Shown in pieces: positions 18,357 through 26,788 of a DNA stretch of 45,948 nt. A program made the translations under genes and the position numbers. Positions within the stretch are counted from its first letter, which is position 1; every line of letters starts with the position of its first letter. The stretch is from a virus, in IMG/VR virus record IMGVR_UViG_3300018083_000013; one strand, given 5' to 3'. The notes below the pieces were generated by a model. It was not told the origin of the DNA and did no database searches. It was given only the letters and a program-made list of their open reading frames with translations.

Positions 18357-20389
18357 AGGCGCGCATCCTCGGCCTCGTTCTTCTCCTGCTCAGTCTCGCG
18401 GCGCCGGTCGCCGCGCAGAACACGGCCACGTTCCCGCCTGGCCTTCCGCTCGGCTGCACGGACGGTCAGGGCATCCTCTACAACCTTGCGTCTCGCGCGT
18501 GGGAATGCGGCGCGGTTGGCGGGTCTGGCGCGGTCGGCACGGACACGATCTGGGACGCGGCTGGCGATCTGGTGTACGGCACTGGCGCGAACACCGCCGG
18601 TAAACTGGTCAAAGGCACAGCGGCCCAAGTTCTCCGAATGAACGCCGGCGCGACGGCCCCTGAGTGGTGGAGTGTCGCGATCACATCCGCGCTGATTACT
18701 GACGCCGAGATCATCAACGCGGACATCAGCGGGTCGGCGGCGATTTCATTTTCGAAGCTGAACATCGCGCTCGCGGATGTGCTCGGGCTCTATACCGGCA
18801 CTCCGACCGGATCGAAGTACCTCCGGGATGATGGGTCATGGCAGGCCATCGCTGGCGGTGGTGATGCGCTCGTGTCCAGCACACTCGCGCAGTTCGCGCC
18901 GACGACCTCCGCGCAACTGAAAGTCGTCCTGAGTGACGAGCTCGGGAACGCGAGCGGCAAGGCGCTGTTCGCTCTCGGGCAGATCGACATCGCGTCCGGT
19001 AAGACGGCGACGGTCTCCAACACACTGACGTTCACCGGCACTGATAGCTCGACCGTGGCGTTCGGCGCCGGCGGCACGGTGCTGTACTCCGGCGGGTCGA
19101 TCGGCACGCCGTCCGGTGGCAGCGCGGCGAACCTGACCAGTATCCCGGTGGCGAACGCGACGGGCGATCTGGCCTTCGCGAACCTGACGCAATGCGCGAC
19201 GGACACGATTCTCGCGAACACGTCCGCCGGTACCGGTGACGTGTCCTGTGTCGCCTACGCGACTCTGTTGAGTGATGCCGGGGTCGCGTCCTTCACGGAC
19301 CCAGGCGCGGACTGCGTGCTCGAGTGGGACGACTCTGGCGGCATCATCGAATGCGCGGAAGCCTCGACGGCCCTGACGCTGGTGAACCTTGTCGCTGGCG
19401 CGGTCGATTGGGGCGCGGCGACGAGTTTTGAAGTCCCGAATGCGGCGGCGCCTACGGTCGACGCCTTTGGTGAGATTGCTGGCGATAACAACCTCTGGGC
19501 GGCGAGTCGCGGCACGGCCATCTTCTTCGACGGCACGGCAGCGACGGCGTTCGTCAACGTGCTGGTGTCGGACACACCGTCGAATGGACAAGTCCCGAAG
19601 TGGAACACGGGCGGGACGATTACCTGGGAGAACGACTCCACCGGCTCGGCGCTCGGCTCAAGTCTCACGAGTTCCACGAACGACATCCTCGCGTCGACCG
19701 GCAACGACATCGTGCTCGGCAAGAGCGCAGGCGAGGCGGTGACGTTCAGCTTCGGCACGTCGAACACGATGGCGCTGTCGTCCACGACCGGCGTCGTGAC
19801 CTTCGACCACGGCGGTATGGCGATCACGAACGGGACCATTTCGCTGCCGTTCCACTACGTCTTCCAACTGGCGGGCTGTCAGAACACGACGGCCACGGTC
19901 GGGATGAACACACCGACGACACTCGGCGCGGCCGGTGCGTGCGAATCGGTTGCCGCGGCCAGCGGTGACGTGGCGTACGGCGCGGCGGTCTTCGTGACCG
20001 GTGGTGCGAACACGGAAGTCCACGGACATTTCCCGCTGCCGTCCGATTGGACCGGCGCGATCGATGTCCAGGTGAAGTGGCGTGCGGTCTCGACCACAAC
20101 GAACGATGTCGTCTATCAGATCAAGTTCGGCTGTGTCGCGACGGGCGAAGCCTCGACGGCGGTCAGCTTGAACAACACGGCATTCTCGGCGGTGACGAAT
20201 CTCGGCACGACGCTCCAGTGGAACGTCGCGACGAAGACCGGGATCACCACGACCGGATGCGCGGCCGGAGAGCAGGCGGTCTGGGTGCTTGACCGTGACA
20301 CCGACACATCTGGCGACACGCTCGACGCCGACGTGCAGGTCATGCAGGTCGATTTCACCTATCGGCGCAACGTCACGATCGGGGGCTAA
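18353..20389 (+). CDS. Tail-fibre-like protein with signal-peptide-like N-terminus
   Basis: GTG 18353 overlaps the upstream stop (GTGA); GTG 18341 is an alternative start. N-terminus VKARILGLVLLLLSLAAPVAAQ. DTIWDAAGDLVYGTGANTAGKLVKGTAAQVLRMNAGATAPEW is a common phage fibre motif. Confidence 0.65.
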   Translation: MKARILGLVLLLLSLAAPVAAQNTATFPPGLPLGCTDGQGILYNLASRAWECGAVGGSGAVGTDTIWDAAGDLVYGTGANTAGKLVKGTAAQVLRMNAGATAPEWWSVAITSALITDAEIINADISGSAAISFSKLNIALADVLGLYTGTPTGSKYLRDDGSWQAIAGGGDALVSSTLAQFAPTTSAQLKVVLSDELGNASGKALFALGQIDIASGKTATVSNTLTFTGTDSSTVAFGAGGTVLYSGGSIGTPSGGSAANLTSIPVANATGDLAFANLTQCATDTILANTSAGTGDVSCVAYATLLSDAGVASFTDPGADCVLEWDDSGGIIECAEASTALTLVNLVAGAVDWGAATSFEVPNAAAPTVDAFGEIAGDNNLWAASRGTAIFFDGTAATAFVNVLVSDTPSNGQVPKWNTGGTITWENDSTGSALGSSLTSSTNDILASTGNDIVLGKSAGEAVTFSFGTSNTMALSSTTGVVTFDHGGMAITNGTISLPFHYVFQLAGCQNTTATVGMNTPTTLGAAGACESVAAASGDVAYGAAVFVTGGANTEVHGHFPLPSDWTGAIDVQVKWRAVSTTTNDVVYQIKFGCVATGEASTAVSLNNTAFSAVTNLGTTLQWNVATKTGITTTGCAAGEQAVWVLDRDTDTSGDTLDADVQVMQVDFTYRRNVTIGG

Positions 20390-20392
20390 CCT

Positions 20393-21151
20393 GTGCGGTT
20401 GCTGATCGGCACGATCCTCGCGGCCACGCTCGCGCTCGCACCGGCCTCTGCGCCGTTTGCGGTCAGCTATAACTCATCGGCCGACCACGGGACCAACACC
20501 AGCACGTCATGGACGAAGTCGTACACGGCGCCGACGCTGACGGACGGGATGCTGGTCATCTGCATCGTGGGCGACGTGATCGGCGGAAACGACGACATTA
20601 CCGGCGTGACCTACAACGGCGTGGCCGCGACGTTGATCAGGAAGAACACGGCCGGGTCGGCCAACAACCGGTTCCTGTACATGTACGCGATCGCCGGCCC
20701 GACCAGCGGAGCACATAACTGGGTCATCACGAACACGAACAGTCACTTCCGATCCGCGACGATCGGCGCGTACGAGGGGATGTCCTCGACGTTCCCGCCG
20801 GATTCGTCGGCCGCGAACCAGAACACGACCAATACCACACTGACCTCATCGACCACGGTGGTCTCGGCGAGCTCATGGCTGGTGATGTGTGGGTCGCAGA
20901 GTTACACGGGCTCCGGGTTGACCGCAGGCACCGGGACTACCAAGCGCGTACAGGAAGCCGGGTTCCTGACGAACGCCCTCTTCGACAGTAACGGCACAGT
21001 GAGCACCGGGAGCCAGAGTTTGCAATACACCACGGGAGCCGCGACCGACAACGTCGCAATCGTGGCGTCATTCGCGCCGGCCGGTGGTGCTCCTGTGTCG
21101 CCACTGTCGGCCATGATCAACGCGATGATTCGCGGAGGAGTCGATCGATGA
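20393..21151 (+). CDS. Hypothetical protein with signal peptide (fibre-cluster)
   Basis: GTG start. N-terminus MRLLIGTILAATLALAPASA/PF. Confidence 0.6.
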   Translation: MRLLIGTILAATLALAPASAPFAVSYNSSADHGTNTSTSWTKSYTAPTLTDGMLVICIVGDVIGGNDDITGVTYNGVAATLIRKNTAGSANNRFLYMYAIAGPTSGAHNWVITNTNSHFRSATIGAYEGMSSTFPPDSSAANQNTTNTTLTSSTTVVSASSWLVMCGSQSYTGSGLTAGTGTTKRVQEAGFLTNALFDSNGTVSTGSQSLQYTTGAATDNVAIVASFAPAGGAPVSPLSAMINAMIRGGVDR

Positions 21152-22875
21152 ATCGGATTGTGATCGCGCTGATGGTCGCCACTGCGCTGCATCTTGAGCA
21201 GCAATGGCTCCCGGTGCGCGTGACGCTCGGCGGCGGGACGAACACGCTGCTAACTTCATCGTCGTTCGTTGACCTCGGCGGGTTCAAGACGCCAGCCCTC
21301 TCTGACTTGGCGTACTCCGCGATGCGCGGGATGGGCTTCGACGCGGCGGGGAACGGCGCTGCGGGGTCGATCTACACGAACGCCTTTGGCAACGCGCAGA
21401 TCGCGGAGATTTCGCTGGCGACTCCGTCGCTGTCCACGAACCAAGGCACATGGAACACCGCGACACGACTCCAGAACACCGTCAACATTCAGGCGAGCTT
21501 CTGCAACGACGTTGAGCAGATCAATGACGACACCAGGCTCGGTGGCGTCTTCGTGGTCGGGTCGCAACTAATGCTGACGTGCTACGTGGAATACTCAGGG
21601 GCGCTGATCGCGGACGGGTCGCACTTCCTGACCTCGAGCAAGACGATCGCCTCGATGACGAAGTCGGCCGGACCCGCCAACGCGGTTTCGACCCGCTACA
21701 GCACGAACCTGTCGCCAGGATTCGCGGCCGGACCGATCGTGGAAATACCGGCGCAGTGGCGGGCGTCGTTCGGCGGGCATACGCACGCCTCTGGACTCTG
21801 GAGCGCCCCGATCACGAGTCGCACGAGCCAAGGGCCGTCGATGCGTGTGTTTACCGCCTCTGACCTTGTCGGGAAGACGACAGGCCAAGGCATCACAGGC
21901 GTGGACGTGGTGGGGTACCCGCTCGGACATCCGACGCTCGGCGGTCTATATAGCGGCCAGTGCAGTTCCCTCTACAAAGGCACGAACGACATCGACGGGT
22001 GGTCGTGCGCCTCGTCGCGCGGCGGGATTATCTGGCCGACCTACGGCCGCACGGTGGTCTTCGTCAGCCGGCACGGCGACCTCGACCAGTACTGCTACGG
22101 GCTCGGCGTGACGAGCGGCGATCGTGACGGTCCGATCCCTGGCGTCGACACGTTCTGGGGTCAGGTCAGCGGGGCATCGACCTCGCTCGGTGGGACGCGG
22201 GTCACGGTCCCGAATCTGAACGTCTCTAGCATCACGACGGATGGCCGCTCGGCGGTCTATCTGAGCGGCGAGACGGTCCCTGCGAACAAGGCGTACATCA
22301 GCGCCGAGACCGGGAACCAGGACAACGGACAACGCTACGACGGTGCGGCCCCCATCATCGGCAAGGGGAACAGCGGCACGCCATCCGCGTACGTAGACGT
22401 GTCCGCGTCGAACCCGTTCAACGACGGGCTCACTGGCAAGACCGCAAACGTCGGCGAGCTCACTTGTTGGGATCCTGCCGAGACCTCGAAGGGCCAGCAC
22501 GCGCCGGCGTTGACGACGCCCAACTACCCGCTGCGGTTCTACCTCTACGACATCAACGACCTGATCTCCGTGTACGAAGGCACGCTGGAGAAGTGGGAAG
22601 TCTACCCGTATGAAATGTTCACGATTGATTTCACTGGCATCACGCGGAACGTCAGCGCGACGTACGGGCTCCCCGGCGCGGCGTTGAACCCGACGACCGT
22701 CAATACGGTCTACCTCGGCCTGAACATGACCGAGACGGCGAACCCTGAACGGGCGACGGTTCGCACGCTGCAGATCACCAATCCGGACGCGCCGAAACCA
22801 GAACCGTTGCTGCCGATTGCGGCCGGGCTCGCGGTCTGGTCTGTCGGTGGGCTCCTGCGTCGGCGCCGCGTGTAA
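21148..22875 (+). CDS. Large beta-rich protein with hydrophobic N-terminus and C-terminal PEP-CTERM sorting signal
   Basis: ATGA overlap upstream. The C-terminus PEPLLPIAAGLAVWSVGGLLRRRRV-stop (nt 22798-22872) has PEP, a hydrophobic helix and an Arg cluster at the extreme C-terminus. Confidence 0.7.
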   Translation: MNRIVIALMVATALHLEQQWLPVRVTLGGGTNTLLTSSSFVDLGGFKTPALSDLAYSAMRGMGFDAAGNGAAGSIYTNAFGNAQIAEISLATPSLSTNQGTWNTATRLQNTVNIQASFCNDVEQINDDTRLGGVFVVGSQLMLTCYVEYSGALIADGSHFLTSSKTIASMTKSAGPANAVSTRYSTNLSPGFAAGPIVEIPAQWRASFGGHTHASGLWSAPITSRTSQGPSMRVFTASDLVGKTTGQGITGVDVVGYPLGHPTLGGLYSGQCSSLYKGTNDIDGWSCASSRGGIIWPTYGRTVVFVSRHGDLDQYCYGLGVTSGDRDGPIPGVDTFWGQVSGASTSLGGTRVTVPNLNVSSITTDGRSAVYLSGETVPANKAYISAETGNQDNGQRYDGAAPIIGKGNSGTPSAYVDVSASNPFNDGLTGKTANVGELTCWDPAETSKGQHAPALTTPNYPLRFYLYDINDLISVYEGTLEKWEVYPYEMFTIDFTGITRNVSATYGLPGAALNPTTVNTVYLGLNMTETANPERATVRTLQITNPDAPKPEPLLPIAAGLAVWSVGGLLRRRRV

Positions 22876-22880
22876 CACAT
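22871..22880 (+). promoter_or_regulatory. TGTAACACAT motif, copy 2
   Basis: Exact 10-mer spanning the stop TAA of 21148..22875 and the first two bases (AT) of the ATG at 22879. Confidence 0.3.
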
Positions 22881-23214
22881 GCTAGGGTCGCTCCCGATGA
22901 GAACGATCCTTCACACGATTACTGCACTCGCGCTGACCTCCTCGATCGCCGTGTTCGCCTTGCCGTCGAACGGGCCGCAGGAGAAGCCGCCCGTCGCGTC
23001 GAAGCCTGCACTCCCGGCGATTGCTGAAGTCGATCGCCTGAAGCTCGAGAACGCGATGCTGCGCGCGCGCGCCGCGGACCAGCAGTACCGGGCTGTCCTC
23101 GCGACCAGTGAATCGCAGATCCGGGCGGTGGTGGACGCCTTCGAAGTCGCCCATCCGGGTTTCACGATCGACACGGCGAAGCTGGTCGCCGTCGCGAAGC
23201 CTCCGGCGAAATGA
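22879..23214 (+). CDS. Membrane-anchored/secreted coiled-coil protein (possible i-spanin-like lysis accessory)
   Basis: N-terminal hydrophobic TILHTITALALTSSIAVFALP followed by a helical region. It lies immediately upstream of the endolysin. Confidence 0.5.
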   Translation: MLGSLPMRTILHTITALALTSSIAVFALPSNGPQEKPPVASKPALPAIAEVDRLKLENAMLRARAADQQYRAVLATSESQIRAVVDAFEVAHPGFTIDTAKLVAVAKPPAK

Positions 23215-23672
23215 CACGCGAGCAGATCAAGGCGGCGCTGACCGATCGGGACGCGCTGATCTGCACGCTCCTCGGTGAAGCGGCCAGTGAGCCGATCGAG
23301 GGTCAGGTCGCGGTCGCGTCCGTCATCCGCCGGCGCGCGCTCAATCCTCGCTGGTGGGGCTCTGGCTACAAAGGCGTGTGTCTCAAGCCCTCGCAGTTCT
23401 CGTGCTGGTGGGAGCAGAACGGGAACACGGAGGCGGTCTACGCCTTGGCCGAGCATCTGGTCAAACGGTTGCCGCTCGGCGGCGGCGTGCTCCCGCAACT
23501 GCAGTGGATTGCGGAAGGCATCATCGGAGAGCAGATTCGCGATCGAGCCAAAGGCAGTGACCATTATTTGACCGTCGCGCTGTACGGCTCAATGAAGGCG
23601 CCGGAGTGGGCGCGGCAGGCCACGCCCGTGGTCAAGGTCGGCAGTCATCAGTTCTTCCGATTGGAGTTGTGA
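23211..23672 (+). CDS. Endolysin, SleB-type cell-wall hydrolase (Hydrolase_2-like)
   Basis: LLGEAASEPIEGQVAVASVIRRRA...CLKPSQFSCWW matches the SleB/Hydrolase_2 signature. It has no signal peptide and holin-like genes follow. Confidence 0.75.
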   Translation: MTREQIKAALTDRDALICTLLGEAASEPIEGQVAVASVIRRRALNPRWWGSGYKGVCLKPSQFSCWWEQNGNTEAVYALAEHLVKRLPLGGGVLPQLQWIAEGIIGEQIRDRAKGSDHYLTVALYGSMKAPEWARQATPVVKVGSHQFFRLEL

Positions 23673-23899
23673 TGAAAACTGTTCAGCAGACGAAGACGTT
23701 TTGGGCGAACGTACTGATGGCACTGATCGCGCTTCTCTCGGCGCCGGACGTGCTCGCGCTCATTCCGCCTGACGGCATGAAGTACGTCCCGGGATTCATG
23801 GCGGCGGTCAACATCCTCCTGCGGCGCATCACGAGCGAGCCTGTCACCTTCCTGAAGCAAGACGAATCGAAGATCGACCCCACGCAATATCTGAGTTAG
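23672..23899 (+). CDS. Holin candidate (75 aa, two hydrophobic helices)
   Basis: ATG 23672 overlaps the endolysin stop (TGATG). Helices FWANVLMALIALLSAP and YVPGFMAAVNILL. Confidence 0.55.
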   Translation: MKTVQQTKTFWANVLMALIALLSAPDVLALIPPDGMKYVPGFMAAVNILLRRITSEPVTFLKQDESKIDPTQYLS

Positions 23900-23907
23900 G
23901 AGTTCCC

Positions 23908-24279
23908 ATGAGTCTGTTGAAACGCATCGGCGTCATCTCAGCCAACATCGCCGGCATCATCGCGGGCGTCGGGCCGCTGATTCTCCCGGGCCGTCAGGGC
24001 GTCATTGATCAGGTGCTCAACGTCTTCGAAGAGTTCGCCACGGCCGTCGCGACTGTTGAGCAGATCGGCGCCGCGGTCGGGATGCCGGGGCCGGACAAGT
24101 TCAAGGCGGTGCTGCCGCTGTTCGGCCAGATTCTCGGGCGCTCTGTGCTCGTGCGGACGCACGGCATTAAGGATCAGGCGCTCTACGAGAAGGCAATCGC
24201 CGGTTACGGCCAGGCCACGGTTGACCTCTTGAACTCGCTCGATTCGAAGAAGGTCAAGACGGAAGAGCTCGCGGCCTGA
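23908..24279 (+). CDS. Holin_LLH-like / lysis-associated membrane protein
   Basis: RBS aggag. It has an N-terminal TM helix (IGVISANIAGIIAGVGPLIL) and a soluble tail with GPDKFKAVLP...LYEKAI...LLNSL, resembling the LL-H holin family. Confidence 0.45.
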   Translation: MSLLKRIGVISANIAGIIAGVGPLILPGRQGVIDQVLNVFEEFATAVATVEQIGAAVGMPGPDKFKAVLPLFGQILGRSVLVRTHGIKDQALYEKAIAGYGQATVDLLNSLDSKKVKTEELAA

Positions 24280-24524
24280 GTCCCATTCTGTCGTCCCACG
24301 CTGTAACTCGCTGACAATAGGCACGTTACAGATATACCTGCGGCCTTCTAAGCCGAGGGTCGCAGGTTCGAGACCTGCCAGGCGCGCCAATGTTTACGGG
24401 CTTGTTTTGACGTTTCGGCCTTTTTTCTGACGCGATCGGGACGACGGCCTGGACTTCTTCGGTGCCGAAAAGTCCAGCAAAGTCCCACTAGGCTCCGCGT
24501 CGGTAGTCCCAATCGGTAGTCCCA
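24279..24524 (+). other. attP region: tRNA-derived core flanked by five same-orientation (A)GTCCCA arm-type repeats and a 7-bp inverted repeat
   Basis: GTCCCA copies at 24280, 24293, 24482, 24506 and 24519. The last two sit in the tandem tcggtagtccca repeat (24500-24511 and 24513-24524). Inverted repeat ctgtaac (24301-07) / gttacag (24325-31). Confidence 0.6.
24341..24389 (+). other. 3' portion of a tRNA-Arg(TCT) (anticodon stem to CCA), not a complete tRNA; probable attP identity segment
   Basis: Anticodon stem cggc/gccg with loop cTTCTaa (anticodon TCT). Variable loop gggtc, T-arm gcagg-ttcgaga-cctgc, acceptor 3' strand caggcgc, discriminator g, then cca. No matching 5' acceptor strand or D-arm lies upstream. 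It ends 4 nt from the integrase stop. Confidence 0.75.
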
Positions 24525-25614
24525 CGGTCTCCATGTAGGCGTCCAGCTTCGTGAAGGCGTCCCGGACGCGCGGGTCCACGCTCGACTGCGTGTACCTCGC
24601 GGTCGTCTCGATGTTGCCGTGCTGCAGGGCGAACTGCGCCGCCCGGTCGTCCTTGGACGCCTCACCAAGCGCGGCCGCAAAGGTATGCCGGAGGTCGTGC
24701 ACACGCACGGGCGGGAACCCTGCGCGCTCGGCGGCCGTGTTGAAGGATTTCCAGACCGAGGATCCGGAGAACGGCCCGTAGAGGTTGTGCCGGTCGAAGT
24801 CCCTGAACGCCTCGATCGCCGGCCTGGTCAACGGCGTCAGGACCGGGTCTGCCCCGCTCCCCTTGAACCGCTCGGTCAGCCAGAGCGTGCCGGCCTCGAG
24901 GTTCAGGTGTTCGGGCTCAACGCGCATCAGTTGCCCCTCGCAGATTTGGCTGTAGCCCATGCACCGCAGACGAATCTTCGTCTTCGAGACCTCCGGGCGG
25001 GTGTCGCCTTTCTTCTCGGCCCGGCCGCGGTCCTCCATCGCCGCCAGGATGGCGACGAACGTCTGGTACGGGATGGCGCGGCCCTGCGGGTCGCCCTTGG
25101 GCTCGTCCAGTTCTTCGACCTCGCGCACGGGGTTGCTGCTGCCATTCGGGTCCAGGCGCCGCCAGACGTTCGACAGCGCCCGGAGCATGTTGTTCGCGGT
25201 GCTGACGGCGTACGGGCGCGGGTCGGTGGCGCTCCGCGGCTCGGTCGTCAGCCGCAGGTACACATCCTCAATGTCGTTCTTGTCGATGTCGGTGCGCTGG
25301 CGTGTCGCGCCGAGCTTCTCGACCCAGAAGGCGAGATGCCGTTCGCGCTCGTGGAACGTCGGCATCGCCTTGACCTTCTCGAGCTTCATGTAGCGGGCCA
25401 CGTCGAAGCCGAGCGCGCCCTTGGTCGCCCTGGCCTCGCGGGTGACGTGGAGTTCGGCGGCGGTCTTCCGGCGCCACGCCTGCATCACGCGCGGGTCGGT
25501 GCCTTTCGGAAAGTGTTTCCGGATCGCTGGACGGCCGCGGCCCTGCGTGACTTTCGCGCGATGGCCGCGGCCGTGGTCTTCGATCCCGATCAAGAGTGGC
25601 GATCGTCGCGGCAC
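24394..25614 (-). CDS. int: Tyrosine integrase
   Basis: 406 aa. HDLRHTFAAAL...LQHGNIETTARYTQ is the catalytic R-H-R-Y box. It is adjacent to the tRNA-like attP. Confidence 0.9.
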   Translation of the reverse strand: MPRRSPLLIGIEDHGRGHRAKVTQGRGRPAIRKHFPKGTDPRVMQAWRRKTAAELHVTREARATKGALGFDVARYMKLEKVKAMPTFHERERHLAFWVEKLGATRQRTDIDKNDIEDVYLRLTTEPRSATDPRPYAVSTANNMLRALSNVWRRLDPNGSSNPVREVEELDEPKGDPQGRAIPYQTFVAILAAMEDRGRAEKKGDTRPEVSKTKIRLRCMGYSQICEGQLMRVEPEHLNLEAGTLWLTERFKGSGADPVLTPLTRPAIEAFRDFDRHNLYGPFSGSSVWKSFNTAAERAGFPPVRVHDLRHTFAAALGEASKDDRAAQFALQHGNIETTARYTQSSVDPRVRDAFTKLDAYMETVGLPIGTTDAEPSGTLLDFSAPKKSRPSSRSRQKKGRNVKTSP

Positions 25615-25696
25615 TGCGCCTTACGATTCCTTCACGTTGAGTGGCAGTAGGTGGGGCGCTCGGACAGACCGATGGCGCGGGTAGCGGCGGGCGTTT

Positions 25697-26191
25697 CTAA
25701 GCAGGCTTTCGATCATGCGTGCGACGTAGCGACTGTGTGCGGGGTTGAGTCGGTCGAGCTCGATCAGTTGCCGGGCGGTCTGGGATGCTGTCCATGATTC
25801 CGCGGATGCTTTCATGGACGTGGAACAACTGTGCGCGCACGTCGAACAACCTTTGACGATCCGTAGTGCTGTCGGCATTCGTGGAACCTTCCTCGTCTGT
25901 GTGGTCGTGCATCGTAGACGAAGATCCTTGCGCGGTGTATTGCCCTATTGGGTCAGACCCGGCCTGATCACTTTTGTTAGTCGGTACGAAGAACTCTGCC
26001 ACGTCGACACTCAACTCGCGGGCCACGGCCTCGACGGCGTCCAGGGACGGCGTGTCGCCGCGTTTGGTGACACCGGTCGCCCATTGGGGCGAGAGTCCTG
26101 CCTTGGTTGCGACATCGGACTTGCTGCGGCCTGCCTCTTTCAGCAGGCGGCGGAAGTTCGTGCGCCATCGCGTCGTGGCCGATTCGGCCAT
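25697..26191 (-). CDS. CI-like repressor (XRE-family HTH, no S24 peptidase domain seen)
   Basis: HTH segment FRRLLKEAGRSKSDVATKAGLSPQWATGVTKRGDTPSLDAVEAVARELSV. It is divergent from the cro-like gene. The start is taken as ATG 26191 because a TACAAT -10 overlaps the ATG at 26206; GTG 26236 is the longest option. Confidence 0.7.
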   Translation of the reverse strand: MAESATTRWRTNFRRLLKEAGRSKSDVATKAGLSPQWATGVTKRGDTPSLDAVEAVARELSVDVAEFFVPTNKSDQAGSDPIGQYTAQGSSSTMHDHTDEEGSTNADSTTDRQRLFDVRAQLFHVHESIRGIMDSIPDRPATDRARPTQPRTQSLRRTHDRKPA

Positions 26192-26204
26192 AGGTAAGTC
26201 GCAC

Positions 26205-26326
26205 ATTGTACGGGCAAAGCCTTTCCTGGAAAGCACTTACGGCCACGCCGTAATAAACTACAGCAGCGTCGTATTTTTTCCTTGACCCCATTACGGTCGT
26301 GCTGTAGTGTTACGGCCATGCTGAAA
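26205..26326. promoter_or_regulatory. Divergent lysis/lysogeny switch: four related 17-bp operators and two promoters
   Basis: O sites: 26237-53 TTACGGCCACGCCGTAA (perfect palindrome), 26258-74 (inverted), 26291-307 TTACGGTCGTGCTGTAG and 26310-26 TTACGGCCATGCTGAAA. Rightward promoter: TTGACC (26282-87), 17 bp, TAGTGT (26305-10). Leftward promoter: TTTCCA (26227-32), 16 bp, TACAAT (26205-10). Confidence 0.55.
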
Positions 26327-26536
26327 CACAGTGAGGCCACGCGCCGGGCGGTTCGTCAGGCGCTCGCCGGGAAAGGCAAGACGCAGCGTTGGCTCGCGAA
26401 GGAAGTCGGTATTACTGAGTCGGCCCTCTCGAACATCCTGCGCGGCCGGAACCTGCCGTCGCTCGAGACCGCCGTTGAGATTGCGCGCATCACGCGCGTC
26501 CCGGTGCAGAGCTTCGTGAACGCGGCAGGGCGGTAG
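26318..26536 (+). CDS. Cro-like XRE-family HTH regulator
   Basis: ATG 26318. KTQRWLAKEVGITESALSNILRGRNLPSLETAVEIARI is a typical HTH_3 motif. No SD is present and the predicted -10 ends 7 bp before the ATG. Confidence 0.75.
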   Translation: MLKHSEATRRAVRQALAGKGKTQRWLAKEVGITESALSNILRGRNLPSLETAVEIARITRVPVQSFVNAAGR

Positions 26537-26788
26537 TCAGTGCAAACCCTTGTTGGTGTTGTCGCGCCGCACGGCCTCGTGCACGGCGTCGATCGCATCG
26601 CGCAGCGAGACGCCCGCACGCCGGAGTCGTCTCGCCAGGCGCGCGACCTGGGCGGCTTTGGTTTCCACAGCGACCGACAGGCGCGTCCAGTCTTCTTCGG
26701 TCACTTCAGCGCGCGGCCAATCACGGAAGGGTAGCGGGTGCTTCATGCGTAGCAGCATCGCAACGTCGGCGCGGGCAAGGCAGTCCAA
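26537..26788 (-). CDS. Hypothetical small protein on the opposite strand within the early region
   Basis: Its GC3 is higher than that of the overlapping Arg/Ser-rich + frame. The start is uncertain (26788, 26758 or 26746). Confidence 0.4.
   Translation of the reverse strand: MDCLARADVAMLLRMKHPLPFRDWPRAEVTEEDWTRLSVAVETKAAQVARLARRLRRAGVSLRDAIDAVHEAVRRDNTNKGLH

Noticed and set aside
24301-24389. A complete tRNA gene
   Set aside because: Only tRNA positions about 28-76 can be folded. No complementary 5' acceptor strand (gcgcctg) or D-arm exists upstream. It is interpreted as the attP identity segment.
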